Source of the DNA: Treponemataceae bacterium
GTDB taxonomy: Bacteria > Spirochaetota > Spirochaetia > Treponematales > Rectinemataceae
Direction of reading: 5' to 3'
Assembly (NCBI GenBank): GCA_963678065.2
Contig: CAXXVZ010000003.1
Coordinates: 768,001-832,000 of the forward strand
Length of the DNA: 64,000 nt
Position 1 is the first letter of the stretch. Every line of letters begins with the position of its first letter. Below, in pieces: positions 10,567-20,628 of this stretch. The notes under the pieces were generated by a model. The model was not told the origin of the DNA. It saw only the letters and a program-made list of their open reading frames with translations, and made no database searches. The translations under genes were made by a program, and so were the position numbers.

Positions 10567-11841
10567 TCAAGCAGGCATCTCCGATATCGCGGCGCCGAGC
10601 TTCCCGATATCGGAAAAGAATCCCGGATAGGACTTCGCGACACACTCGGCCCCTGTTATCGTGACAGGACTCTCTGCGCGCAGGGCTAGAACGCCGGCGG
10701 CCATGGCCATCCTGTGGTCTCCCCGCGCGCAAACCACGCCTCCCTTTATCCTGGCGGGAGGCCGAATCGTCATTTCGTCGCCATCCACCTCCACCCCGAT
10801 TCCGAGACGCGCAAATTCTTCCACGATGGCGGCGGCCCTGTCACTCTCCTTGTGCGCGAGGCGCAAGGCGCCGGCGATGCGCGATGGACTCCCGCAGAGG
10901 GCAGCGAGGGCAGCGAGCGGAGGAAAGAGGTCGGGGCAGTCGGTCGCGTCGAAGTCGAAGCCCTTCAGTTCCGAGCGCCTGACCTTCAGGATGCCCTGAG
11001 ATACCTCCATGTCGGCGCCGGCCATCCGGAGTGCGTCCAGGAGCGCCCTGTCCGCCTGGGCCGACTCAGGATCGAGGCCGAGGATGCCAAGGCCCTCGGG
11101 GCCGGATGCGACGAGGCCCGCCACGGCGAGAAAGGCCGCGCCGCTCCAGTCAGCCTCGATTTCGAAATCGCGCGGAGTGTAGGACTGCCCTCCCCTGATA
11201 TGGAATGTCTCGTAGGCATCATTCTCGACGACGACTCCGAAGGAGGCGAGCACGCCGATCGTGAGGTCGATGTAGGGCTTCGATGCGAGCCTGGAGACTT
11301 CGAGCACGGAATCACGGGGCGCGAGCGGCAGTGCAGTCAACAATCCGGTGAGAACCTGGGAACCCGCGGAGCCGTCGAGGCTGCAGTGCCCGCCGCGAAG
11401 GGGACCTTTGACCCTGACGGGCGCGAAACCGCCCGAGGTATCGCAGTCCGCTCCCAGCTGGCGGAGGGGGGACTCGAGGGCCGAAAGGGGACGCGACGCG
11501 AGCGAACCATGCCCGAGAAGACTGAGCGGTCTGTCCGCGAGTGCGGCGACAGGCGTGAACATCCTGATGCAGAGCCCCGATTCCCCGCAATCGAGACTCT
11601 CGGAGCGCGGCGCGAAACCGCCTTCGATGGCGACAGCTCCGGAATCCTCCACACAGATACTCGCGCCGAGGCTTCCGGCGACGCGAAGTGCCGCCTGACA
11701 GTCCTCGCATTCGGCGGGCTCCCGAAGGAGCGAGCGTCCCTCAGCGAGGAGGGAGACGGCGATCGCGCGCTGCATCGCGCTCTTGGAGCCGGGAGCGCGC
11801 AGTGTGCCTGAAAGTTCAGAGGCCTGTACACAGATGTTCAT
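10567..11841 (-). CDS. aroA: EPSP synthase
   Basis: PGSKS, CGESG, DCPD, HKESDR, DHRMAM, KSYPGF. Confidence 0.95.
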   Translation of the reverse strand: MNICVQASELSGTLRAPGSKSAMQRAIAVSLLAEGRSLLREPAECEDCQAALRVAGSLGASICVEDSGAVAIEGGFAPRSESLDCGESGLCIRMFTPVAALADRPLSLLGHGSLASRPLSALESPLRQLGADCDTSGGFAPVRVKGPLRGGHCSLDGSAGSQVLTGLLTALPLAPRDSVLEVSRLASKPYIDLTIGVLASFGVVVENDAYETFHIRGGQSYTPRDFEIEADWSGAAFLAVAGLVASGPEGLGILGLDPESAQADRALLDALRMAGADMEVSQGILKVRRSELKGFDFDATDCPDLFPPLAALAALCGSPSRIAGALRLAHKESDRAAAIVEEFARLGIGVEVDGDEMTIRPPARIKGGVVCARGDHRMAMAAGVLALRAESPVTITGAECVAKSYPGFFSDIGKLGAAISEMPA

Positions 11842-12355
11842 GGATTGACTCCGCGATGGATTGGACCGAGCGCGAGGCTTCGGTATCGACGATGAAATCC
11901 GCGCAGGCGCGGTAGAGTTCCTCTCGCGCCGCGAGCAACTCCCTCGCCCGGCCGAGAGGATCGGCGTGGTCGAGGAGGGGACGCGTCCCCGCGCTGAAGG
12001 ATGCGCGGCGCACGGCTTCCTCCGCGCTCACACGTATCCAGACAACATGGAATGATTCTCTGAGAATCGAGCGGTTTTCGGGCGCGATGACAATGCCGCC
12101 TCCGCAGGAGAGCACGATGCCCGTGTCCCGGGCGCAGGCGGCGAGGCAGGCCCGCTCCCGTGCGCGAAAACCGGCCTCACCCTCGGCCGCGAATATCGCC
12201 GGCACCGTCATTCCGGCTTCCCGCACTACCCTCTCGTCGAGGTCGACGAAAGGGTAGCCGAGCATGGGCGCGAGGAGCCTTCCGACCGAGGACTTGCCGC
12301 AGGCCATGAAGCCCGTGAGAGCCACGCGAGACGGGAAGAGCGCGGGCGCGGTCAA
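11816..12355 (-). CDS. aroK: Shikimate kinase
   Basis: GFMACGKS, GEAGFR, CGGG, RPLL. Confidence 0.93.
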   Translation of the reverse strand: MTAPALFPSRVALTGFMACGKSSVGRLLAPMLGYPFVDLDERVVREAGMTVPAIFAAEGEAGFRARERACLAACARDTGIVLSCGGGIVIAPENRSILRESFHVVWIRVSAEEAVRRASFSAGTRPLLDHADPLGRARELLAAREELYRACADFIVDTEASRSVQSIAESIHEHLCTGL

Positions 12356-14340
12356 ACCTCCCCCTTCCTGATCCTCTCGATCTCGTCGCGGAGGATGGCC
12401 GCCTCCTCGAACTCGAGGTTTTTCGCGTGCTCGAGCATACGATCCTCCAGCACCTTGATGAGGGACTTCTTCTGCGCAGGCACGAGGAGATTGTGCGACT
12501 TGAGGAGGGTGTCTATCTCGCCGTGAGTCGTATCGACCCTCTCCTCGTGGTGGCGCGAGAGGATGTCCTGGACGCTCTTCATGATGGTCGTGGGCGTAAT
12601 GCCGTGCTTCGCGTTGTATTCCAGCTGGAGTGCGCGCCTGTTCTTCGTCTCCTCGATGGCGAGCCGCATGGCCTCGCTCATCCTGTCGGCGTACATGACG
12701 ACCTTGCCAGCCGAGTTGCGCGCGGCGCGGCCGATTATCTGGATGAGGCTCGTCGCGGAGCGGAGGAAGCCTATCTTGTCCGCGTCGAGGATGGCGATGA
12801 AGGAGACTTCCGGCAGGTCGATGCCCTCGCGGAGGAGGTTGATGCCGACGAGGACGTCGTACTCGCCCATGCGGAGCTGCTTCAGGATCTCGACGCGCTC
12901 GATGGTCTCGACCTCGGAGTGGATGTAGCGCACGCGGAGCGAAAGCCCTGCGAGGTACTCCGTCAACTCCTCGGCCATGCGCTTGGTGAGAGTGAGGATG
13001 AGGCTCCGCTCGTTTTTGTCGATCCGCCGCCGTATTTCGGCGTAGATGTCTTCCATCTGGCCCGTGCTCGGCCTGACCTCTACCTCGGGATCGAGGAGAC
13101 CGGTCGGGCGGATGACCTGGCGGACGATATTTTTCGAGAGGGCGATCTCCGTCGCGCCGGGAGTCGCCGAAACGTAGACGACCTGGTCCACTATGGACGA
13201 GAACTCTTCGTACTTGAGCGGCCTGTTGTCGAGGGCCGAGGGCAGCCTGAAGCCGTAGTCGACGAGGCTGGTCTTGCGCGAGCGGTCGCCCGCGTACATG
13301 GCGCCTATCTGGGATACGGAGACGTGGGACTCGTCGATGAAGGTGAGGAAGCCTTTGGGGAAGTAGTCGAGGAGAACGCCCGGCCTCGTCCCCGGAGCGC
13401 GGCCCGAGAGCGGCCCGGAGTAGTTCTCGATGCCCGAACAGTAGCCCATCTCCCGGAGCATCTCTATGTCGTATTCCGTCCGGCTCTTTATCCTCTGGGC
13501 CTCGAGGAGCTTGTTGGCGGCGAGGAGTTCCTCGTAGCGCAGCTCGAGTTCGGCTGAGATCGAGTCCACGGCCTTCTGCACTCGATCCTCCGGCATGACG
13601 AAGTGCTTGGCGGGGTAGACCACGGCCTCGTCGAGGTCGGGGCCGAAAGCTCCCGAAATCGTATCGAACTTTCTGATCCGCACGACGGTGTCGTAGTCGA
13701 GTTCGATGCGGTAGGCCTCCTCCATGTAGGCGGGATAGATCTCGAGGACGTCGCCTCGCACGCGGAAGCGGCCGCGCTCGAGGACCGCGTCGTTGCGCTC
13801 GTACTGGAGGCTGACGAGCTGGCGCTTGATGTCGTCGAGGTCGATGGCCGAGCCGCGGTCGATGTAGACCCGCATGTCCTTGTAGAGGTCGGGAGAGCCC
13901 AGGCCGTAGATGCAGGACACCGTGGCGACGATGATGACATCCCGCCTCTCCATGAGGGAGGCCGTGGCGGCGAGGCGCATGCGGTCGATCTCTTCGTTGA
14001 TGCTCGAATCCTTCTCGATGTAGAGATCCTTGGACGGGACATAGGCCTCGGGCTGGTAATAGTCGTAGTAGGAGACGAAATACTCGACGGCGTTGTCCGG
14101 GAAAAAATCCTTGAACTCGCGGTAGAGCTGGGCCGAGAGAGTCTTGTTGTGCGAGATGACGAGGGTGGGGACCTGGAGTTCCTCGATGACCTTGGCCATC
14201 GTGTAAGTCTTTCCGGAGCCCGTGACCCCTTTCAGGGTCTGAAAACGGTAGCCTGAGCGGAGGCCTTCGGCCAGGCTCCGGATGGCCTCGGGCTGGTCTC
14301 CCGCTGGCTCGTAGGGAGCGACGACTCTGAATGGTTTCAT
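12352..14340 (-). CDS. uvrB: Excinuclease ABC subunit B
   Basis: GDQP, GVTGSGKT, YYDYYQPEAY, DESH, NLLREGIDLPEV, C-terminal UVR domain. Confidence 0.98.
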   Translation of the reverse strand: MKPFRVVAPYEPAGDQPEAIRSLAEGLRSGYRFQTLKGVTGSGKTYTMAKVIEELQVPTLVISHNKTLSAQLYREFKDFFPDNAVEYFVSYYDYYQPEAYVPSKDLYIEKDSSINEEIDRMRLAATASLMERRDVIIVATVSCIYGLGSPDLYKDMRVYIDRGSAIDLDDIKRQLVSLQYERNDAVLERGRFRVRGDVLEIYPAYMEEAYRIELDYDTVVRIRKFDTISGAFGPDLDEAVVYPAKHFVMPEDRVQKAVDSISAELELRYEELLAANKLLEAQRIKSRTEYDIEMLREMGYCSGIENYSGPLSGRAPGTRPGVLLDYFPKGFLTFIDESHVSVSQIGAMYAGDRSRKTSLVDYGFRLPSALDNRPLKYEEFSSIVDQVVYVSATPGATEIALSKNIVRQVIRPTGLLDPEVEVRPSTGQMEDIYAEIRRRIDKNERSLILTLTKRMAEELTEYLAGLSLRVRYIHSEVETIERVEILKQLRMGEYDVLVGINLLREGIDLPEVSFIAILDADKIGFLRSATSLIQIIGRAARNSAGKVVMYADRMSEAMRLAIEETKNRRALQLEYNAKHGITPTTIMKSVQDILSRHHEERVDTTHGEIDTLLKSHNLLVPAQKKSLIKVLEDRMLEHAKNLEFEEAAILRDEIERIRKGEV

Positions 14341-14464
14341 GCCTCTCCTTATACTGCGGCGCTGGCGAGGAGCGATACAGGAAAAGCGCCTTTATCTGTC
14401 ATCTGCCATGAGCCGCGCGATCCCACGAGGAACAGGGAGTCCCGCACGGTCTCCTCAAGGCTCG

Positions 14465-15790
14465 CTATTTGGACGCTGCCTGGCTGCGTTCGGAGAGCAG
14501 AACGGTCGTGGACTGCTTTTTTCCGCCACGCCAGTATTCCACGGCGACGCGCTCACCCGGCTTGTTGTCCTCGAGCGCCGCGTGGAGATCGGCCACGGAG
14601 GCCACCTCCATGCCATCCACCGAGACGATGATGTCCCCGCCCAGATTGAAGACGGCCGATCCGTAGCGCACAGGTGTTCCGCCGCCGTGCAGTCCGGCCT
14701 TCTCGGCGTTGCCGCCGCGCGGGACCTGGGAGACGAGGAGACCCTTCTCCACCGGGGCTTTGTAGCCGTTCTGCTTCATGTAGTCGACGAGGTCGGGGAA
14801 GAGCTGGATGCCCTGCACGTCGATCCATCCGCGCCGGACCTTGCCGTTCGCGATGAGGTCGGGCACGATGCGCTTGGCCGTATCCACGGGCACAGCAAAT
14901 CCGATCCCGACCGAGCCGCCGGAGGTGCTGTAGATCATGGCGTTGATGCCGATCATCTCCCCGCGGGAGTTAAGGAGGGGGCCGCCCGAGTTTCCGGGGT
15001 TGATGGATGCATCGGTCTGGATCATGTCCCTTATTATGGTCGAGTCGTCGACCTTGACCGGCCGGCCGATGCCGGAAATTATTCCTTGCGTCAGGGTGCG
15101 CTCGAGGCCGAAGGGGTTGCCGATGGCGAGGACCTTCTGGCCGACCTTGATCCCGGCCGAACTGCCGTAGGGGATGGTCTTGAGCGCCCTGTCGGCGGGA
15201 GGATCGAACTTGATGACGGCGAGGTCGTTTTCCGGGTCTGTGCCGACGACCTTCGCCTCGTAGCGCGCCCCTCCCGAGAGGTTCACGTAGAGTTTGACGG
15301 CGTCTTTGACGACATGGTTGTTGGTGAGGACATAGCCGCGTTTGTCGATGATCGAGCCGGAGCCGGAGCCGCCCTGCTGGGGCACGGGTTCGAGGAACCA
15401 GTTCACTCCGATGACCTCGGTCGTGATGTTGACGACTGCCTCGTTGTAGCGCTCGTAGACGTCGATGTTTTCCTGTTCGTCGATGTCGACGACGGGGAGG
15501 CCCGGAAGGGCTTCGGTGGAGGGCGCCCGACTTCCGGAAATTCCGGCGCTTCCCGGGCTTCCTGGTCCGGAGCTTTCTGTCGGGCGGGCCGCGGGAAGCG
15601 AATCTGCGGGGAGTGCGCCACTCCCTGCCCCGGCTCCCGCGGAAAGAGCGTTTTTTTTGCCAGAAAGATAGCCCAGAACCCGAGCCGCAAGGTCGGGGCG
15701 GAGAGCGGAGACAGAGAGCAGAAGCGCGAGGAGAACAGCCGCGCCGATCGCGGCCGACAGAGCGATATGACCCCTGGTATAGAGTTTCAT
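14465..15790 (-). CDS. HtrA/DegS-family serine protease with N-terminal anchor and one PDZ domain
   Basis: TNNHV, DLAV, INPGNSGGPL catalytic triad motifs; start MKLYTRG follows an aggaag RBS-like site. Confidence 0.92.
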   Translation of the reverse strand: MKLYTRGHIALSAAIGAAVLLALLLSVSALRPDLAARVLGYLSGKKNALSAGAGAGSGALPADSLPAARPTESSGPGSPGSAGISGSRAPSTEALPGLPVVDIDEQENIDVYERYNEAVVNITTEVIGVNWFLEPVPQQGGSGSGSIIDKRGYVLTNNHVVKDAVKLYVNLSGGARYEAKVVGTDPENDLAVIKFDPPADRALKTIPYGSSAGIKVGQKVLAIGNPFGLERTLTQGIISGIGRPVKVDDSTIIRDMIQTDASINPGNSGGPLLNSRGEMIGINAMIYSTSGGSVGIGFAVPVDTAKRIVPDLIANGKVRRGWIDVQGIQLFPDLVDYMKQNGYKAPVEKGLLVSQVPRGGNAEKAGLHGGGTPVRYGSAVFNLGGDIIVSVDGMEVASVADLHAALEDNKPGERVAVEYWRGGKKQSTTVLLSERSQAASK

Positions 15791-15875
15791 GATCTCTTCC
15801 TTATGTTTTTCAGGAGAAATATACCGCGAAGCGGGCCTCCTCGTAAATGATGAGGCGTTGGTGTAGAGTGCTTCC

Positions 15876-16967
15876 ATGCCGTCCCAGATAACACACATCC
15901 TCGCGGGAGAGGAGGCGCTTTCAATCCTGGGAGAGGACAGCCTGCGCCTGGCGGTCTCGCAGGCGCCCGCCTTTTTTCGTCTGGGATGTCAGGGCCCGGA
16001 CATCTTCTACCACAACCAGCGGACCCGTCCCTCCGGTATTCATTTCGGAAGCCTCCTCCACAAGAGGAATTACGGCACCATGCTGGCCGCAGCGTACGAA
16101 TATGCCCGCTCGATCGAATCTCTTCTTCCCCGCTCGGCCGCCCTGGCCTACCTCCTCGGCGTCTCGACGCACGCGGCGACCGACAGGATACTGCATCCCT
16201 TCATAATCCATTTTTCTGGCCGCCCCGAGCCGGCCAAGCCAGAGACCATGCGATTCACGGGCTGCCACGCATTTCTCGAACGGCTCGTCGACATGGCCCT
16301 TCTGAAGCGGTACCGACGGAGCAGCCCCGAATCCTTCGACATCGCCGCCTCCATGGACATCGGTCCCGGCCACGGCACGGAGAGCTCCGAAGCCCTCGCC
16401 GGATCATGGGAGGCCGGCCTCAGGGCGGCCTTTCCGAATTCGACGGCCAGGGACAGTTTTGTCCGACTCAGGGCACACAACGCCCTCGACGACGCGAGGC
16501 GTTTCTTCGCGATAACCAATCCTGTGACGGGCGGTGAGCGGAGCCCTCCCTTCGCGCGCTTCGTCGACCTGTCGCCCCGGGACAGGATCAGGGTAGCCGC
16601 CCTCCTCTACCCGCCCCGGCTGCCCGAAGGTCTCGATTTCATGAACGAGGAAGGAAGGTCCTGGGCCCACCCTTCGGGAGATGGCCGGTCCTCGCGCTCG
16701 GACGGCTACTCTCTCTTCGCGGAGGCTGTCGAGGAAAGCGCGCGCGGCATGCTGGCCTGCCGCGACTTTCTGGCGGAAGATTCCGGCCCGGAAGACTTCG
16801 CCGCGGCGATAGGCGAGGCTTGCCTCGGCTCATGCGACCGCGAGGGGAGGCCCTCTCCGGGAAATGCCACCGATCCGCTACCCCTCGGGGCTCTCCTCCT
16901 TCGGTGGAGCGAAGAACTTGCCGCCGGAGAGGCAGAGGACTCAGGCGTCCCGCCCGATCGCGGTTGA
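15876..16967 (+). CDS. Zinc-dependent phospholipase C-like family protein
   Basis: N-terminal MPSQITH, GCQGPDIF, THAATDRILHP, HAFLE motifs. Confidence 0.65.
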   Translation: MPSQITHILAGEEALSILGEDSLRLAVSQAPAFFRLGCQGPDIFYHNQRTRPSGIHFGSLLHKRNYGTMLAAAYEYARSIESLLPRSAALAYLLGVSTHAATDRILHPFIIHFSGRPEPAKPETMRFTGCHAFLERLVDMALLKRYRRSSPESFDIAASMDIGPGHGTESSEALAGSWEAGLRAAFPNSTARDSFVRLRAHNALDDARRFFAITNPVTGGERSPPFARFVDLSPRDRIRVAALLYPPRLPEGLDFMNEEGRSWAHPSGDGRSSRSDGYSLFAEAVEESARGMLACRDFLAEDSGPEDFAAAIGEACLGSCDREGRPSPGNATDPLPLGALLLRWSEELAAGEAEDSGVPPDRG

Positions 16968-16998
16968 CCGTGACCGCACAAGGTTGTACCCTTGGCCC

Positions 16999-17316
16999 AT
17001 GGACAGCCTTTCATCGCGGCCCGGAGCGGTCCGGGCCGCGAAACTTCTTCTCATTCTGGGTGAGCCTGCAGCGGTGCCTGTCATCGCCGCGCTGGGTGAC
17101 GGAATCGCCGAGCCTCTGGCGCGCGCTCTCTCGGGTATAGCTTCAGTAGGCCTCTCCGAGTCGGTCGGGATTCTCGCGGATTTTGTCGTGGCCTCATCGC
17201 CGGGACAGAAGTCCAACCGCGCTTTTCCGGGTGGGCCAAGGACCGCGGCCCGTCTCATGGCCGCCGCCTTCGGAGCCGAAAAGGCAGAATCGATCATGCA
17301 AAGAGCGCTCTCGTAA
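16999..17316 (+). CDS. Stand-alone FliG N-terminal-domain-like protein
   Basis: RAAKLLLILGE...GGPRTAARLMAAAFGAEKAESIM resembles the FliG_N pattern KAAILLxxLG...GGxxYARxLLxxALGxEKA. Confidence 0.55.
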   Translation: MDSLSSRPGAVRAAKLLLILGEPAAVPVIAALGDGIAEPLARALSGIASVGLSESVGILADFVVASSPGQKSNRAFPGGPRTAARLMAAAFGAEKAESIMQRALS

Positions 17317-17323
17317 AGGTGTA

Positions 17324-17851
17324 TCAGCCCTTCACGTAAGTGATCGCGCCCTTTTCCGACTCCTCTTTGCGCGCGAGAATATAGAGAAAATCGGAAAGTC
17401 TGTTGACGAAGCTTCTGAGGCTTTGGGAGACAGTATCCCGGCGGGCGAGCGTCACGATCCTGCGCTCGGCCCTCCGCGCGACTGTGCGGGCAAGATCGAG
17501 GGCCGCCGATCCGGGTGTCATCCCGGGAACCACGAATCCCTTCAGTCCGAGTTCGCCCTCGAAATTGCGGATTTTTGACGAGAGTCTCTCCTCGTCGGCG
17601 CCGACGAGAGGCGAGGCGGGAATCCTGGACGGAGACGCGAGCTCGGCCGCGACCCTGTAGAGATCCTTCTGGATGGCGAGGATTTCCTCCAGAACAATAG
17701 CCGAACTGCATGCGTGCCGGGCCATGCCGAGGATGGAAGAGAGCTCGTCGATGGTTCCGTAGCATTCCACCCTGACATCGTCCTTGTCGATCCTCTCACC
17801 GGACCACAACCCTGTCGTCCCTTTGTCGCCGGTCTTCGTCACAATGCTCAT
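17324..17851 (-). CDS. pduO: PduO-type cob(I)alamin adenosyltransferase
   Basis: IVTKTGDKGTT, YGTIDEL, ARTVARRAER, NRLSDFLY. Confidence 0.92.
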   Translation of the reverse strand: MSIVTKTGDKGTTGLWSGERIDKDDVRVECYGTIDELSSILGMARHACSSAIVLEEILAIQKDLYRVAAELASPSRIPASPLVGADEERLSSKIRNFEGELGLKGFVVPGMTPGSAALDLARTVARRAERRIVTLARRDTVSQSLRSFVNRLSDFLYILARKEESEKGAITYVKG

Positions 17852-17982
17852 GGGATCAAGATAGCACTGATGCTCGCTCGTACAAAGTCTGCAAACAACA
17901 ACCTCGCAGCAAGCTCCGCGGTACGGGTCCCACAGACCGAAGGCTGCTTGCTTCAGGGGAACCTTCCTGTACAATAGAGGTC

Positions 17983-18894
17983 ATGAACCAGAAAAACGGA
18001 CAGCCCGCGGGCGGAGCGGAAGGCGCGGCCCCGGCTTCCGAAGGTATACGGGTGCGCCTCGCAGACTACGGCGAGTGTCCTTATCTACCCGGGCGCAGGT
18101 GGACAGTCCTCGAGTCCGGGGAAAACGCCCTGAGTCCCGCCGCATACGGAGCGGCTCTGCAATACGGATGGAGGCGGAGCGGCACCTATTTTTACAGGAC
18201 AGTCTGCCATGGATGCCGCATGTGCGTTCCCATCCGACTCGATGCGCTATCCTGGCATCCTTCCCCTTCCCAGAAACGCCTTCAGTCCCGCAATGCCGAT
18301 GTCGTGCTCAGCGTCCGCGACACGGACTTTTCCGAAGAGCGATTCGACCTTTATCTGCGCTACCTGGCGGCGCAGCACGGCCGATCTTCTTGCGACAGGG
18401 CCTACGAAATCATGGCGTATCAGGCGGGATACTGCGCGGGCTTTGTCTCTGCCCTGCGGAAGGACGGAATATATCCTGGCCCCGGGCAAGCCAGTGCGCC
18501 GGGCCCGGGCTCGGCCGTCACCGAATACCGACTGCGCGCTTCGGGTGATCTCGTCGCCACCGGATACATCGACATCCTCCCCGACGGGGTCTCCTCAGTC
18601 TATTTCGCCTTCGACCCCGGACTGCGCTCGCGGAGTCTCGGCACATGGTCGGTCGGAAGGGAGCTAGAGCTTGTGCGGGAATTGGGCAAGCGCTATTACT
18701 ACCTCGGCTTCTGGGTCCCTGGTTCGCCGAAAATGGACTACAAGGCAAAATTCAGACCCTTCGAGATGGCTCCCGACGGGGAGTGGACAGCTGTCGCGGA
18801 CAGGGAGACGGCCCTCGCCGCCCTGCGCGACCGGCCCGGATTTCCGGAAGGGGTCGCTCGGAATGAGCTTTACAGGAATGAGACGCGACGTTGA
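17983..18894 (+). CDS. ATE/Bpt-family aminoacyl-tRNA-protein transferase
   Basis: CPYLP, GWRRSG, CxxCxxC, SSVYFAFDP, YYLGFWV, KMDYK. Confidence 0.88.
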   Translation: MNQKNGQPAGGAEGAAPASEGIRVRLADYGECPYLPGRRWTVLESGENALSPAAYGAALQYGWRRSGTYFYRTVCHGCRMCVPIRLDALSWHPSPSQKRLQSRNADVVLSVRDTDFSEERFDLYLRYLAAQHGRSSCDRAYEIMAYQAGYCAGFVSALRKDGIYPGPGQASAPGPGSAVTEYRLRASGDLVATGYIDILPDGVSSVYFAFDPGLRSRSLGTWSVGRELELVRELGKRYYYLGFWVPGSPKMDYKAKFRPFEMAPDGEWTAVADRETALAALRDRPGFPEGVARNELYRNETRR

Positions 18895-18944
18895 CAGTAC
18901 TCAGACCGACGTGGTACTGTGGCTCACTTTTACGGAAGGAAATC

Positions 18945-20528
18945 ATGGCAGCCCAGACAAACAAACCGCAAAACGGCGCTTCCTCCAAGCCCGACTCCGT
19001 CTTCAAATCCCGCTCGATGAAGAATCCCTTTCTGTTCGCGGGAACTCTCATCATCCTCGTCATCACGATCATCGCCTTCGTCTTCATTCCGGCGACGGGC
19101 TCTTCGAGCGGCGGCCGTTCCCAGGGCGCCCTCACCTTCGGCAGCTACAACGGAAAGCCGATAAGCTATGAGCCGGGCGGATACTTCGCCAGTCAGATCC
19201 AGAAGATCAACGACTACCTCCGCCAGCAGGGCCTGAATGATGCCAATTTCCAGCAATACGCCTTCCAGGTCTGGCGCTCCGCCTTCGAGAGCACGGTTCT
19301 CCGCACCGCCCTCATCGACGAAGTGAAAACGGCGGGATTCCGCGTTTCCCAGACTACCCTCGACGCCAAAGTCGCTGAAAACGACATCTTCAAGATCGAC
19401 GGTAAATTCTCGGCCCAAGCCTACCGCGACACAGCTCTGTCGCGCAAACTCGAGATCCGGAAGAGCGCCGAGGAAGACCTGTATATCCAGCGATACTACA
19501 CCGATGTGTACACCATGACCCCGGGCACAAAGGAGACCGACTTCATCTCCGCCATGGCCAAGGACAGAAGGACCATAAGCTACGCGGCCTTCTCTCTCGC
19601 GTCATACCCCGATTCCGAGCTCCTCGCCTGGGCCAAGAACAACAGCGGCTTCTTCCGCAAGGTCAAAATTTCCAGGATAACGCTCACCTCCTCCGAATCT
19701 GACGCCAAGAAAGTGCTCAAGCAGGTCCAGGACAAAGCCCTCACGTTCGAGGAAGCGGCCAAGAGTCACTCCAAAGACCCCTACGCCGACAAGGGCGGCG
19801 ATTCGGGCGCCCTCTTCTTCCACGACTTTGCTGATGGCTTTGCCAAGAAAGAGGACGCCGAGGCCGTAGCCGCGCTCAAGAAAGGCGATATCTCGGCTGT
19901 CTACAAGGTTTCCGACAAAGCCTGGGCTTTCTTCAAGGTGAACGAGGATATCGTCGCGACCAATCTTTCCGACCCGGCTACTCTCGCCGAGGCCCGCTCC
20001 TACATGAGTTCCAAGGAACGCGGCCTCATGGAAACCTGGGCGCTCGGAAAAGCGAAGGAGTTTGTCGCCACCGTGACGGGAGGCAATTTCGCCGCAGCCT
20101 CCAAAAAGGCCGGACTCAAAGTCAAATCGGCGGGTCCCTTCCCCATCAATTACAAGGCCCCGTCCTTCGTGGCCTACGGACAGCGCATTCCTCTCTTCGA
20201 CCAGATCAACGCCACTACTGCGGAAGAACTCGCCCCAGCGGCCAACAGCGAGAAGTTCTTCTCCGTGGTGTTCGGGCTCCCCAAAGGCGCCGTTTCCGAA
20301 CCTTTCGTCCTCGAGGACAACGTCATCGTCATGACCGTGACCGACGACACTCCGGCCAAGGACGAGGAAGTCGCGGTCGTCAAGTTCGCTTATCCCTATT
20401 TCAGTCAGGGTGCCATCGACAGCGACGTGCGGACACGTTTCCTCAAGAGTTCCAAATTCAAGGACAACTTTTCCACGGTCTTCTTCCAGTATTTCAAACC
20501 GGCCGCAAACGCCAAGACCTCGTCCTGA
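18945..20528 (+). CDS. Membrane-anchored SurA/PpiD-like chaperone with parvulin PPIase domain
   Basis: N-terminal TM helix, SurA_N-like region, FEEAAKSHSKD...GGD rotamase motif; aagga RBS. Confidence 0.75.
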   Translation: MAAQTNKPQNGASSKPDSVFKSRSMKNPFLFAGTLIILVITIIAFVFIPATGSSSGGRSQGALTFGSYNGKPISYEPGGYFASQIQKINDYLRQQGLNDANFQQYAFQVWRSAFESTVLRTALIDEVKTAGFRVSQTTLDAKVAENDIFKIDGKFSAQAYRDTALSRKLEIRKSAEEDLYIQRYYTDVYTMTPGTKETDFISAMAKDRRTISYAAFSLASYPDSELLAWAKNNSGFFRKVKISRITLTSSESDAKKVLKQVQDKALTFEEAAKSHSKDPYADKGGDSGALFFHDFADGFAKKEDAEAVAALKKGDISAVYKVSDKAWAFFKVNEDIVATNLSDPATLAEARSYMSSKERGLMETWALGKAKEFVATVTGGNFAAASKKAGLKVKSAGPFPINYKAPSFVAYGQRIPLFDQINATTAEELAPAANSEKFFSVVFGLPKGAVSEPFVLEDNVIVMTVTDDTPAKDEEVAVVKFAYPYFSQGAIDSDVRTRFLKSSKFKDNFSTVFFQYFKPAANAKTSS

Positions 20529-20565
20529 GACCTGGACACCGGCAGACATCCCTCAAGGGGAGCTC

Positions 20566-20603
20566 AAAAAGAAAGACCGCCTTCCGGGGCGGTCTTTCTT
20601 TTT
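20566..20603. terminator. Bidirectional intrinsic terminator
   Basis: aaaaagaaagaccgcc...ggcggtctttcttttt between convergent genes. Confidence 0.9.
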
Positions 20604-20628
20604 GCTGCCAGTTCTTCTTTGGCAGACT

